Assembly: GCA_951406725.2 (NCBI GenBank) | Contig: OX597823.1 | Location: 77,314,001 to 77,378,000, forward strand | Direction of reading: 5' to 3' | Source of the DNA: Octopus vulgaris | Taxonomy: Eukaryota | Length of the DNA: 64,000 bases | Shown here: one piece after another, positions 1-12,166 of the stretch | Layout: each line of letters opens with the position of its first letter | Position numbering within the stretch: the first letter of the stretch is position 1 | Position numbers and translations under genes: made by a program | The notes under the pieces: model-generated | What the model was told of the DNA's origin: nothing | What the model saw: the letters and a program-made list of their open reading frames with translations, nothing else | Database searches by the model: none

Positions 1-413
1 GTAGAATCATTAGCATGCTGGACAAAATTTCTTCTGATCTCTGCATTCTGATTTCAAGTCTTACCAGGAGCAAACTCGCCTTTCATTTTTTTTTCTTCGG
101 TTTAACAAAACAAAGCATCAGTCAAGTACTGTGGCTGTGTGGTAGGAAGTTTGTTTCTCAATCACATGGTTTTAGGCTCAGTCCCACTGCTTGGCACTTT
201 GGGTGAGTGTTTTCTGCTAAAACCCTTGGGCTGACCAAAGCCTTGTGAGCGGAAATTGAAAAGAAGCCTGCTGTGTATATATACATATTATATATATGTT
301 CTGAGTTCAAAGTCTTACAAAGAATTTGAACTCAGAAGGCAAAGACAGATAAAATGCCACAAGTTGTAAGTATGCTTGCAGTTCTGCCAGCTTGCAATAA
401 TATTAAATCTTTG

Positions 414-626
414 AAGGCTTGAGCTGGCAGAATCGTTAGCACACTAGGTGAAATGCTTAATGGTATTTCGTCTGCCTTTATGTTCTGAGTTCAAATTCCA
501 CTGAGGTTGACTTTGTTTTTCATCCTTTCAAGGTCGATAAACTAAGTACCAGTCACATACTGGGGTCGATCTAATTGACTGGCTTCCTTCCCCAAAATAT
601 TGGGCCATGTGCCTAGAGTAGAAAAG
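414..626 (+). mobile_element. SINE family B, alternative (B2) tail
   Basis: Head gagctggcagaatcgttagc, B-box-like gagttcaaattcc and central gtttttcatcctttcaaggtcgataaactaagtaccag. Exact 15-bp TSD aatattaaatctttg at 399-413 and 627-641. Confidence 0.85.
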
Positions 627-2028
627 AATATTAAATCTTTGTGATTTTTGTGTTCATATTGCAACATACTAATTTATAAACAGATGTTAAGGGACTTTGC
701 TTTCATTTTTATATTTAAATTGTATTTGTACATCACCATTGCACTTATTTAAATGAATCAAATCATGAGAGATATAGTTCTTTGCCAGGATGCAATGCAG
801 TGTTGCGATGATTACAGGACATGAATTATTAATTTCTAATATTGGCAAGCAACCAGGAATTTAGTAGGGAAGAACATACTCTCAGTAAAAGTTAATTCCA
901 GTTTATGATTCATACTTATTTTACCAAGGCAGAGTCACCCTCAATAGGGTTAGAAATAACAATGCACAAAGATGCAACTAAAGCCTTCAAGGCATTTCAT
1001 TTGCTGCTCCACTAGTTCTGCCAATCCATGAATTATTCACATTTTTAACTCTTTATTCAACTCTCTCAAGAAAAATTAAGCCAAGAAGGATGCGAACCAG
1101 CAAAGTTGTTTGAGCATTACAGAGTCTGTTCTGGTTTCCTGCATTCTGCTTTCAAACCCTATCAAGATCACTTTTGTCTTTCATCTTTTTATAGGGATCA
1201 ATGAAATATCTGTAAAAATATTACAAAGGGGACAACAAGAGATATTACTTCCAGGTGAAAATGTAAAAGGAATGCTAAATTTCATCTTGCTTATAATAAC
1301 ATATTAATTAATGTACAGAAAAGGGTATGTAAAATATATTTGTCCCTTTTTTATTCTGAGCATTGAGAACCCTTTCTATGCCACTGAGTACCTGTCCAGA
1401 ATATTGAATTGTGGAAATATTAATGCATCAGACATGAAGCCCTGTGATATCTGTTTTGACTGTGTGTTCTTAATTCAAATCCAACATCTTGTCATTGGGA
1501 AAATGGTAACATGATAGAACAATAGCCCTTATCACAAAAATGCCCAAGACACTCATAGGAAATACAGCCTTACTGAAGTCCAGCTAGACCTGCAAAGTGT
1601 AACCCACAACAATATCAGCTGTGATGTAACAAACCTATCATTTGAAAAAGATATAAACATACTGGATAATAAAGTTCTTTAAGAGAGTATAGTCAAACTT
1701 AGAATATCATTGAACATAGGTCTCTTCAGCTAGAATTGAATTTATGCAAAGCAACAATAAAAAACACACAGCAACAAAATACTAATGTCTAAGTCTGTTG
1801 TAGTTCTAATAGAATGTAGATCAGTATCAAATGTTATTGTATTGACTGAATGAAGAAAGCATTGTCAATCTGGAAACCATAGCTGTTAATTTCAACTATT
1901 CTTCATCTGTCAGGAAGCAAATATGACTCGCGGCTGTCTGGTACAACCATATCTCCAATGAATCCACAGCTATAGATTTCCTAGTTAGAGATAGTGCAAC
2001 TCATCCTGGATGTGTAGTGACATAGAAA

Positions 2029-2260
2029 GGCAGTGAGCTGGCAGAATCGTTACCAAGCCGGGTGAAATGCTCAGCGGTATTTCATCTGTTGTTACGTTCT
2101 GAGTTCAAATTCCGTTGAGGTCGACTTTGCCTTTCATCCTTTCGGAGTCAATAAATTAAGTACCAGTTACGCACTGGGGTCGATGTAATCGACTTAATCC
2201 CTTTGTCTGTCTTTGTTTGTACCCTCTGTGTTTAACCCCTTGTGGGCAATAAAGAAATAA
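2029..2260 (+). mobile_element. SINE family B, full length
   Basis: Matches copies at 9336, 19632, 26592 and 47048; ends ccccttgtgggcaataaagaaata. Confidence 0.85.
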
Positions 2261-2301
2261 GAAATGTCTTCATACCATTTCTTTGCAGGTATAGTCTACA
2301 T

Positions 2302-2568
2302 CAGTGGTTCCCAAAGTGGGCAATACTGCCCCCACCCCCACCAGAGACGTTAGAAAAGTGGGGCAAAAGAAAGTGAGGTGATAACAGGGTGGCCAAACGG
2401 GGGGCAATGGATGTAAAAGCAACAAAATAATGAATTAGGTTAACTTTTATTTGTGAAATACAGTTGTTTCAGAAAGTGATCTATGTTTGTGATGGTGAGA
2501 GAGGGGTGCTAGGAATGTGGCCTGGGTGCCAAGTGGGGCAGTGGCCTGAAAGTGTTTGGGAACCACTA
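2302..2568. mobile_element. hAT (Charlie-like) MITE
   Basis: TIRs cagtggttcccaaa / tttgggaaccacta; degenerate 8-bp TSD gtctacat / gtttatat; second copy at 7316. Confidence 0.8.
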
Positions 2569-2789
2569 GTTTATATGTATCATAAGATTTTACAGGTATA
2601 ACCCCAAAAGAGATTATACTTGTAAAAGGCAGACATGTATGGTTGAACTTACCCAATATCTGGTATCCCCTGCAGATCCATGGATGCTGCAAACATACTG
2701 ACTTATCTTTCCTTCATGGCATATCTTTACAGGGACAATTTACTGCTACAATGATGTTTTACTAGTGTAACCTCTACAGAAAATCCAGA

Positions 2790-3213
2790 GGCGTAGGAGC
2801 GGCTGTGTGGTAAGTAGCTGACTTATGAACCACATGGTTCTGGGTTCAATTCCACTGCATGGCACTTTGGGCAAGCGTCTTCTACTATAGCCTCGGGCCA
2901 ACCAAAGCCTTGTGAATGGATTTGGTAGATGGAAACTGAAAGAAGCCCATCGTATATATGTATATATATATATATGTGTGTATGTATGTGTGTGTATATG
3001 TTTGTGTGTCTGTGTTTGTCCCCCCAACATTGCTTGACAACCGATGCTGGTGTGTTTACACCCTTTAACTTAGTTGATTGGCAAAAGACACCAATATAAG
3101 TATTAGGCTTACAAAGAATAAGTCCTGGGGTCGATTTGCTTGACTAAAAGTGGTGCTCCAGCATGACCACAGTCACATGACTGAAACAAGTAAAAGAGTA
3201 AAGGAGTAAAGAG
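2790..3213 (+). mobile_element. tRNA-derived SINE family A, full length
   Basis: A-box-like ggctgtgtggtaag, B-box-like gggttcaattcc, CORE-like ttgggcaag, internal (TA)/(TG) tract, tail gtgctccagcatg...tgactgaaacaagtaaaagag. About 20 copies or fragments in the window. Confidence 0.9.
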
Positions 3214-3431
3214 GGATGGACCCTAAGGTGGACCTATAGTTATAACTAATATATGGCATCCCATGTAGCTCCATGCATGCTGCAAATATATTGATTTGTT
3301 TTTCTTTCATGGTATATACCCTGGGGTAGAGAGGTGGTAAGTGTACTTGGAACTAGACACTTGTTTCTGGAAATAGTCCTGGTACAGTAGAAGTTACTCT
3401 CTCTACAATACCAATGACCGATGACAATATA

Positions 3432-3785
3432 GGTGCAGGCATGGTGGTGTGGTAAGAAGCTTGCTTTCTAACCTCATGGTTTTGAGTTCAGTCCCACTGT
3501 GTAGCACCTTGGGAAAATGTCTTCTACTATAGCCTGAAGCCAACAGAAACTTGTGAGTGGATTTGGTAGACGGAAACTGAAAGAAGCCCATTGTGTGTGT
3601 GTGTGTGTTTATGTTTATCTTCCACCAATTCTAGTTCAGCAAAAGTGTCGTATAGAATAGGTATTTGGTTTTAAAAAAGGAATAAGTCCTGAGGTCGATT
3701 TGTTCAACTAAAACCCTTCAAGACAGTGCCGTAGCATGGCCACAATTAAATGACTGAAACAAGCAAATGTTAAAATATAAAAAGC
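3432..3785 (+). mobile_element. SINE family A, diverged
   Basis: Head and tail align with 2790-3213. Confidence 0.8.
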
Positions 3786-5221
3786 CAGCCATTGTTTTAT
3801 CGCAGGTGCAATCTTCCATATTATAAACAAATATTGCTCCTGTAAAAATAAGTGGTTCGTCTACTGATTAAGATTCAATATCCTTTGGTTAATCTGTTGA
3901 CCAAATTAAGGTGACATTGTCCACCTTAGATTTTAACCATTTTAGATCTGTCAAAAGCTAGTGCTTTCATATAATTTCTTTACAGGTGCAATTTTATGAC
4001 ATAAACGACCCACTAGTTTACAAGCACACATTGATACTGTACATTTAAATAAGCTAATTTAATGATCAGATTTTAGTATGATGTGGTTACCAAATTGGCA
4101 GAAGAGAGGTGTCATCATACATCATCTGGGAATGATTTCCGATTGGTCAGAAAACCAATATTAACATAGAGTTTCTTTACTGGTATGGTTTTATAGCATG
4201 AATAATCTTGCTGATTGCAAACACATATTTTTGCTGTTGATTACATTAAGCTAATACACTGACCAGAATTTATTTTCATATTTCAGTTATAAATGCCATA
4301 CAGAATTTAATAGACTGAAATACAAACGTTAAATAGGAACATTAAATAGCTGAACGTGTTCATGGCAATGTTACGAAAGAAGCAAGCGTATAAATAATGC
4401 AAAGAAAATATAACAAATATTATCATTGCTGCCATCATCATCATCGTTATCACTATTAATATTATTAGTATTAATATAATCAGTGTTAGTATTATTATAT
4501 TTAACTCTCTTAATGTGAAGCCATGATTTTTCCTTCTCTCTTTTTGAGATATGACTATTCAAGAATTACCAAATGAAATATTCTTTAAAGTACTTGTAAA
4601 AAAAAAAAGAAGAATTGTAATGAACTATAATTACAAAGAAAAGACTGCCCTCACTACCTGGGGGTAGACTACAAAAAAATTGCTACCATACAAAATTATT
4701 GAATAATGAATAGAAAAACAGAAAAAAAAAAGAAACATAAAATCTAAATACAGAACTGAATGTACAAAATGTTAAAGAAAATGAGCTGTTTAGTAAACAA
4801 TTAATAGAAAATTACCCCAAACACTCAAATAGCTACTTTTGAAGATAACAGTAATCATAACAGTGACACAGTTACAATGATAACAATTAGACTGAGTCAA
4901 AGAATATTGTCCATGCATGCTGTTGTTGTGCTAATGTGAACATTGCTTTAACACAAACTAAACAAACAAAATTTTGGACCTGTCACAGTTAAAAGTAGAA
5001 TGCAGTTTGGAGAATTTTGGACAACTGAAAAGCATTTCTTTGCTAAATGAACTAAGTCCAGAAGGCAAAGACAAATGTGTGTGTCTGCTTATGAAAGAAA
5101 GGAAATGAATTAAATCTTTTTTTCACGTGAGTTGTACAACAATCTCTTCATTTGGAAATGGTAATAATTATGGCCCTCTCTGCTGTACTTTCAAAACTGA
5201 AAACTTAACCAAAATATTTCG

Positions 5222-5418
5222 TTTTGGGATTTGGTTTTCAAGATTCTTTATGTGAGTTCGTGTGTTGAAGCATATTCTGTTGTGTCTGGGGAATGTCATT
5301 TTCTTTTTGTGCCTTATAATTTAACACTCTTACTAGAAAAATTTCCACTTATTTCTTATTTTTATTTTCCTAAAATTTTCGTTGCGTCTTGCAACCTTTT
5401 CAATAGTCTTTACCAAAA
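5222..5418 (-). mobile_element. Short PLE-associated (pLTR-like) repeat, U3-A8 hammerhead family
   Basis: Homologous to 30943-31090 and 40445-40670; carries a hammerhead-like motif. PLE link is inferred. Confidence 0.6.
5370..5406 (-). ncRNA. Candidate minimal type I hammerhead ribozyme, U3-A8 core
   Basis: Minus strand reads CUA UUGAAAA G GUUGC-AAGAC-GCAAC GAAA AU UU UAG. Perfect 5-bp stem II, palindromic stem III region, stem I only 3 bp. Confidence 0.55.
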
Positions 5419-5452
5419 TAGAGTCTGAAAATGCAAGACAGACATTTGACTG

Positions 5453-5655
5453 TATGAGAGGCTGACCATAAGTTCCTGGCTTTAAGAGTATAATGAAAGG
5501 CCTAGTTGGAGACCCAGCTTTCTGAGTTCTTTTACGGGCTTTAGAAAAACTAAAGGACCACTGCAATAAGTGTGTGAATCTGAGAGTGGAATATGTTGAA
5601 TAAAATCATAATGAACTAATCCTTCTGTATTTTCTTTTACCCAAAGCCAGGAAAC
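5453..5655. mobile_element. Terminal part of a mariner-like non-autonomous element
   Basis: Starts tatgagaggctgaccataagttcctggctttaa; homologous to 63671-63885. Family assignment is from the terminus only. Confidence 0.5.
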
Positions 5656-5774
5656 TTTCAACACACATAATACAGTTGCACCCCGGGGTAATGGAGAAAA
5701 AAATACAAGTGTGTTGATAATAGATAATGGAACTAAGATCGACATGTGGTTAGTAATCACTTTATTTTGGAGTA

Positions 5775-6968
5775 GGTACCAGTACCGGTGGCACACAAGA
5801 AAACCATCCGAACGTGGCCGTAGCCAGTACCGCATCGACTGGCCTCTGTGATGTGGGCACATAACAAACACCATCCGATCGTGGCCGTCCGCCAGCCTCA
5901 TCTGGCACCTGTGTCGGTGGCACATAAAAACACCAACCGAAGACCCGGCAAGACTAGTCAGGCCATAACCCATGGCCCCTACCTGGGACGTAGTCAGTCC
6001 ACCTGTGCATACCTTCCTTCCTTCTTGTGACACTTGTGAAGACCTGTGAAGACCTGTTGAGGCAAGTGAAAATCAAATCAAAATAGATGAACATCAATGG
6101 AATTTGTATCTTGTGGTACCAGTGCCGGTGGCACACAAGAAAACCATCCGAACGTGGCCGTAGCCAGTACCGCATCGACTGGCCTCCGTGCTGTGGGCAC
6201 GCAACAAACACCATCCGATCGTGGCCGTTCGCCAGCCTCATCTGGCACCTGTGTCGGTGGCACATAAAAACACCATCCGAAGACCCGGCAAGACTAGTCA
6301 GGCCATAACCCGTGGCCCCTACCTGGGACGTAGTCAGTCCACCTGTGCATACCTTCCTTCTTGTGACACTTGTGAAGACCTGTTGAGGCAAGTGAAAATC
6401 AAATCAAATCAAAACAAATCAAAATAGATGAACATCAATGGAATTTGTATCTTTGTGGTACCAGTGCCGGTGGCACACAAGAAAATCATCCGAACGTGGC
6501 CGTAGCCAGTACCGCATAGACTGGCCTCCGTGCTTTGGGGACGTAACAAACACCATCCGATCGTGGCCGTCCGCCAGCCTCATGTGGCACCTGTGTCGGT
6601 GGCACATAAAAACACCATCCGAGCGTGGCCGTCTGCCAGCCTCGTCTGGCACCTGTGTCGGTGGCACATAAAAACACCATCCGAGCGTGGCCGTCTGCCA
6701 GCCTCGTCTGGCACCTGTGTCGGTGGCACATAAAAACACCATCCGAGCGTGGCCGTTCGCCAGCCTCGTCTGGCACCTGTGTCGGTGGCACATAAAATCA
6801 CCCACTACACTCTCGGAGTGGTTGGCGTTAGGAAGGGCATCCAGCTGTAGAAACACTGCCAGATCTGACTGGCCTGGTGCAGCCTTCGGGCTCCCCAGAC
6901 CCCAGTTGAACCGTCCAACCCATGCTAGCATGGAAAACGGACGCTAAATGATGATGATGATGATGATG
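5775..6968 (+). mobile_element. SINE-like family C with internal ~341-bp and 62-bp tandem repeats and a (GAT)n tail
   Basis: Long units start at 5775, 6115 and 6457; 62-bp units at 6588, 6650, 6712 and 6774. Tail ggttggcgttaggaagggcatccagc...ccaacccatgctagcatggaaa...(gat)n is shared with 15935, 16365, 57480 and 61807. Confidence 0.85.
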
Positions 6969-7315
6969 AAGTCAGTGATTTAAGCAGGGCTAATGAGAAA
7001 TGTCATGTGGTCAGAGTACATCAAAATGGATTTACATGTTCTCTTGACCCTGAAGCTGATAAAGCTATTCCATGACTCTGCCTAGAAGGAGGTGCCAAGA
7101 CAAAGGGTATGAGATTACTGACACCGGGTAAAATGTCCAGTTTATACATGTAACATAGTAAGAATTATTTCAAAGCCTTGAAACTAAAAACAAAGTTTTT
7201 TTAATGAATGAAAATAATGCAGACTAACTAAAACCAACTAATTCTAGTTTCCAGAGTTATCAGACAAGATTCTTGGAATCGTAGGGGAAATTGCTTTCTG
7301 CCCAATATTATAAAC

Positions 7316-7589
7316 CAGTGGTTCCCAAAGTGGATGGTATTCCTTCACTGGGGGGATGTGGAAAGTTCCAATGGGGTGTTGAAGAAAAGTGGGGGCAATA
7401 ATGGGTTAGTGATTCAATTAAAGACAACAAAATAATGGGTTCATTAGTTTAAGTTTTATTTGTGAAATACAGTTGCTTTGAATTTGCTTCAAAAAGAGGT
7501 CTATGTTTGTGATAGTTAGTTGGGGTGGGGGCACTAGGAATGTGGCCTAAGTGTCAAAGGGGCAGCAGCCTGAAAATGTTTGGGTACCA
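7316..7589. mobile_element. hAT-like MITE, second copy
   Basis: cagtggttcccaaagtgg ... tgtttgggtacca; internal similarity to 2302-2568. Confidence 0.7.
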
Positions 7590-7712
7590 AACTCCATCAT
7601 TTTGTGATGAGGAAGAAATAGACTGCAGAGGTAAATGTACAAAGTAGTGAAAGAAACATCATCATTATCAGTCTATGTTCACTTTTCTATGCTTGCATGA
7701 TTAGACAGAGAT

Positions 7713-8068
7713 GCACCCACAATCACACCTACATGAAATTACACGCACACACATACATATATTAACACACACATACATTAACACTCACGAATACACATAC
7801 ATCGACCCACGTGAACATGGATACATCCACAATCACACCCACATACAATTACACAGACACATGCATTCATTAACACACACACACACACACATATACAAAC
7901 ACACACTCACATAAACACAGACATACCCACAGTCACACCCACATACAATTACACACAGACACATACATACGTTAACACACACACACACACCACACACGCA
8001 CACTCACATAAACACAAAAACACTCACATACAATTACATACATTAACACACAAACACACACACACACA
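7713..8068. repeat. Compound (CA)n minisatellite, ~100-bp higher-order period
   Basis: Recurring cacaatcacacccacatacaattacacagacac-like block. Confidence 0.7.
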
Positions 8069-8764
8069 ATGGACTTCTTTGAGTTTCTGTCAACCATATC
8101 CTCTCACAAGTCTTTTTTTTGGCCCAAGGATATAGTAAAAAACACATACTCGAGGTGCTACACAGTGGGACTGAACCCGGAACCATGTAATTGTGAAGCA
8201 AACTTCTTACCACACAGCAAAGCCTGCACCTTTAAGAAAGAAACGCTAAAGAAGGAAAAAAATTTTTTTTTTAATCTAAAAATTGCAAAGTCAACATAAA
8301 ACAACATAAATGGGTGAAGATAAACAATTTCTTCAAGAGAACAACAATATTCTACCACAGAAAAATAATGAAGCAAACGATAAAGAATTAGAATTCACCA
8401 TCCTTAGTGATTCAAACAGACAACTAATTGACAAAATCACGTATCTGTGGTACCAGGGACTTTAGAAAGAAGTATAAATGACACAAACACAATCAAGTTC
8501 AGAATATAGGCAACATGCAAAAGATAGATTGTTAGTAAAAAATAAAACATACAAAGGCTCTGTAATGAATTAAAACTATCTTACCATGAAGATGTTGGTG
8601 CTTTTAACTACAATCATCTCTCAAAATAATGCTTAGCTGGTGCTTTTGGATGCTCAAAAAGACAATATGGAAATTAGCAAACAGAGAAATATATAGGATC
8701 TGATAACCTAATCTTGCCAGTAATCATTCTTGCTTTATTTTCTTTTATTTACATTTTATTTTAA

Positions 8765-9256
8765 TTTTTTTTTTTTGTAGTTTCAACTCAGAGCTGCAGC
8801 CATGCTGATGAACTGCCATTTTGCTACACTGTTATTACTGAGAGTTTCCTCCAATATGTGGCACTTGGTGAAGAATGGAGTTTGATATAGCTACCCTCAT
8901 TTGCACCTCCTGCCGTGAGGTAGGTTCATCTGGGACTCTCGACAGGAAGAGGTCCAGCTTTAATTTAAAAACGCCTACCTCTACTTTGTGCAGGTTCCTC
9001 AGGCTCTTTCGGAGAATATTAAAAAGCTGTGGTCCTTTGAAACCCAGGCTATTGCAGTAACTGGTCTTGAAGCATGATGGCATTGCTGGGATCTTTGGCA
9101 CTATGCAGTGTCGTCCTGTTCTGGTATTGGTGTAGCTTTCAATGCCAAAATTTGGCACAATTCCTTCCAGGATCTTCTAGATGTATATTACTGCATACCT
9201 CTCCTGCCTTCTCTCCAGGGAGCAGAGTCTTAGCTGTTTCAGCCTTTCCCAGTAGA
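8765..9256 (-). mobile_element. CR1-like LINE 3' fragment (ORF2 C-terminus, 3' UTR, A-rich tail)
   Basis: YWERLKQLRLCSLERRQERYAVIYI*KILEGIVPNFG...GPQLFNIL...FKLKLDLFLSRVPDEP is a typical CR1-clade ORF2 end; one in-frame stop. Confidence 0.85.
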
Positions 9257-9335
9257 TTTGTGTGTTTTCTCATACATTTATTTTATTTCTGTACAAATAA
9301 TTAATTGTGAGGTCCCTGGCTTGATCCCACTGTGT

Positions 9336-9566
9336 GGTGGTGAGCTGGCAGAATCGTTAGCACGCCGGGCGAAATGCGTAGCCGTATTTCGTCTGCCGTT
9401 ACATTCTGAGTTCAAATTCCGCCGAGGTCGACTTTGCCTTTCATCCTTTCAGGGTCGATAAATTAAGTACCTGTTACGCACTGGGGTCGATGTAATCGAC
9501 TTAATCCGTTTGTCTGTCTCTGTTTGTCCTCTCTGTGTTTAGCCCCTTGTGGGTAGTAAAGAAATA
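9336..9566 (+). mobile_element. SINE family B nested in a degraded family A head
   Basis: Well-conserved B copy; the flanks gatcccactgtgt and ggtatcttagacaagt rejoin as a family A head. Confidence 0.85.
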
Positions 9567-9892
9567 GGTATCTTAGACAAGTATATTCTACCATAGCTTT
9601 TAGCCAGTTACTTAGCAGAAACCCCTCAGTATTTGGAGATAAAACTCTTTTGGTGTCCCACCAACCAAATTATATTAAATATCTTTTCCTATCTGATTTT
9701 TCAGAAGTGGCTGCTCTGTTTCCTTGGGTTGACTCAAACCCTGTGCCTGAAATTGGGTAGAAAGAAACTATGTGGAAGTTTATTAAATTTATAGTTCCTG
9801 CAATTCAAAGGCTCACTTTTGTTGCATACGTTGTGTTGCAATGATTTGATCAAAGAATTATGTTAAAATGGCAAGCATTGGGAGAATAAGCC

Positions 9893-10571
9893 TTAATTTA
9901 ACAAGCTAGATTTATTTTAGCATTCTGGTTTTAATTTAACAAATTGGTATCATTTTAGCATTTCAGCATTAATTTACGAAATTGCCATTTTTTTACTATT
10001 AACCCTTTCGTTACTGTATTTATTTTGAGATCCTCTGTATTTCTTTTAATTACTTTAAATATAACAAAGAATTTAGTAAAATAACACAGTTATCATTCAG
10101 CTTGTGTTAGGAACATAAATTGTAACTAAGGTTTGGTAGAAGATTTTAATTCAAAACTTATGAAAACAAGACATTTGAATTCAGAGCCAGAGGTGGTTTC
10201 AGCCGGGTTGGTAATGAAAGGGTTAAGGTATTAATCTGACAAGTTGATATTATATAAGAAGTCAGGCATTAATTTAACAAGTTGGCATTAGTTCATCTTT
10301 TGGATACTAATTTAACAAGTTAGCATTATCTTAGCATTCAGGTATTAATTTAGCAAGTTGGCAGCATTTTAGCAATTAGCCATTTAATAATATTTTAGAA
10401 TTCAGGCATAAATTTAACAAGTAGGTATTATTTTAATAGGTATCAATTTAACAAGTTGGAATTATTTTAGCATTTAAACATCAATTTAACAATTTGGTAT
10501 TATTTTAGCAATCAGGTATTAATTTAGCAAGTTGGCACTATTTTGGCAATTAGTCATTAATTTAACAAGTT
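9893..10571. repeat. 38-bp AT-rich minisatellite, about 12-13 diverged units
   Basis: Unit approximates ttaatttaacaagttggcattattttagcattcaggta; interrupted by a MITE at 10003. Confidence 0.8.
10003..10222. mobile_element. TTAA-targeting (piggyBac-like) MITE
   Basis: TTAA on both sides; TIRs ccctttcgttac / gtaatgaaaggg; other copies at 41171 and 63968. Confidence 0.85.
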
Positions 10572-10842
10572 CGTCAGTTCAGTTGATCGAACAAGTGACT
10601 GTTCATTGTCATCAGAATCAATGGAGAATATATCATATTATTAAAAGCATGATCCAACTTGAAATTCAGTAATTGTGTTCATATTAATTTAATTAATTTC
10701 TGGTCAGTCACACCTGTACAATCATTAATTGGACACAAACCAAACTACATATGCTAAATAGATCTACAAGTATTATTATATAATGACAGCATTTGTCACT
10801 GAATTAATGTAATACACATACATACATATATACATTTGTATT

Positions 10843-10885
<43 letters not shown>

Positions 10886-11429
10886 CATATAGTCAGAGTG
10901 TCTAGAGAAGAGTTTTAATAAGCATTCTGTAATATGAGCCAATTAACTGAAGAAACACATCTACCAAATAATGAACAATATTTTCTTTCTAGAGTTGGGG
11001 GCATTTGCTGTCAACTTACACTAGAATATTTCAATGAAGGAATCTTTATGAGATTGCTTGACGTACTAGAAACAGCACTCAAATTTCCTGAAATCATATT
11101 GTCATCTAAATATAAATGAAACTTGCTGGACTAGGTAGTCTTTCTGGTTATACAAGATAGTTATGAATTAGATCTCTTTAGTTATAAATGTGTTTTTCCA
11201 GGGCTGATTTGAGGTTAAACAGCAATTATAGTTGAGATCAGGATGAAGTAAAAGAGGGGAAGTAAAAGGAGCCTTACCGTCTCCAAAGGGGAATGTTGCA
11301 TTCAATTATGTGACATGAATGTACTATGCCGGAATTAAGTATTTCATGATTAAGATTGAAATATTTTCCATCCTAAGTTTGCTCATTGAGACTAAACATC
11401 ATCATCATCATCATTTTTATGTCCACTGA

Positions 11430-11748
11430 AGATGCACATGGTTCAGTGGTTAGAGCATCAGGTTCACAATCATGAGGTTGCGATTTCAATTCCTGGACTG
11501 GAGTGTGTGTTGAGTTCTTGAGCAAGACACTTTATTTTACATTGCTCCAGTTCACTCAGCTGCAGAAATGAGTTGCAACATCACTGGTGCCAAGCTGTAT
11601 TGGCCTTTGCCTTTCCCTTGGATAACATTGGTGGTGTGGAGAAAGGAAGCTGGTATGCATGAGTGACTGTTGGTCTTTCATGAACAACCTAGCCCAGACT
11701 TGAGCCTTGGAGGGTAACCATCTAGGTGCAATCCCATAGTCATTCATG
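11430..11748 (+). mobile_element. tRNA-derived SINE family E, CORE-like
   Basis: A-box tggttcagtggttagagc and CORE-like cttgagcaagacacttta; homologous to 22101-22440 on the minus strand. Confidence 0.75.
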
Positions 11749-11863
11749 GTGGTATGGGTTGGTCCATTCCAACAGGTTGCTATCTTGTTCTAATATCCCA
11801 GTTTTGGCTAAGTTCCTATGGTTAAAAGCCCTTCCTAATACCAACCACTTAGCAGAATCTACT

Positions 11864-12166
11864 GTGGAGGCACATGGTCTAGTGGTTAGAGCAGTGAACT
11901 CACAGCCGAGGGACTGTAGGTTCGAATCTCAGACCGGGCGATGTGTGTGTTTATGAGCGAAACACCTAAGCTCTATGCGGCTCCAGCAGAAGGTAATGGC
12001 GAACTTCTGCTGACTCTTTCACCACAATTTTCTCTTCCTCTTTCCTCCGGTATCTTGTGGCTCACCTGTGATGGACCAGTGTCCCATCCAGGTGGGGAAC
12101 CTATATGCCAAGGAAACCGGGAAACCAGCCCTATGAGCCAGGCATAGCTTCAGAAGGAACAAATAA
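11864..12166 (+). mobile_element. tRNA-derived SINE family D
   Basis: A-box tggtctagtgg, B-box ggttcgaatct; near-TSD cagaatctact / cagattctact; inserted in a degraded family C copy. Confidence 0.8.

Noticed and set aside
1311-1514. 67-aa Cys-containing ORF as a host exon
   Set aside because: No recognisable domain or clear splice signals; the length is within chance expectation.
6588-6795. Regular repeats resembling a CRISPR array
   Set aside because: The whole 62-bp unit repeats, there are no unique spacers or cas genes, and the context is a eukaryotic retroelement.
5482-6947. Multiple overlapping 60-180 aa ORFs
   Set aside because: They arise from GC-rich tandem repeats, are open in several frames on both strands and show no domain.
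11866-11938. tRNA gene
   Set aside because: It is a SINE head that continues into a repeat body with a near-TSD and has no complete cloverleaf; the same applies to the other SINE heads.
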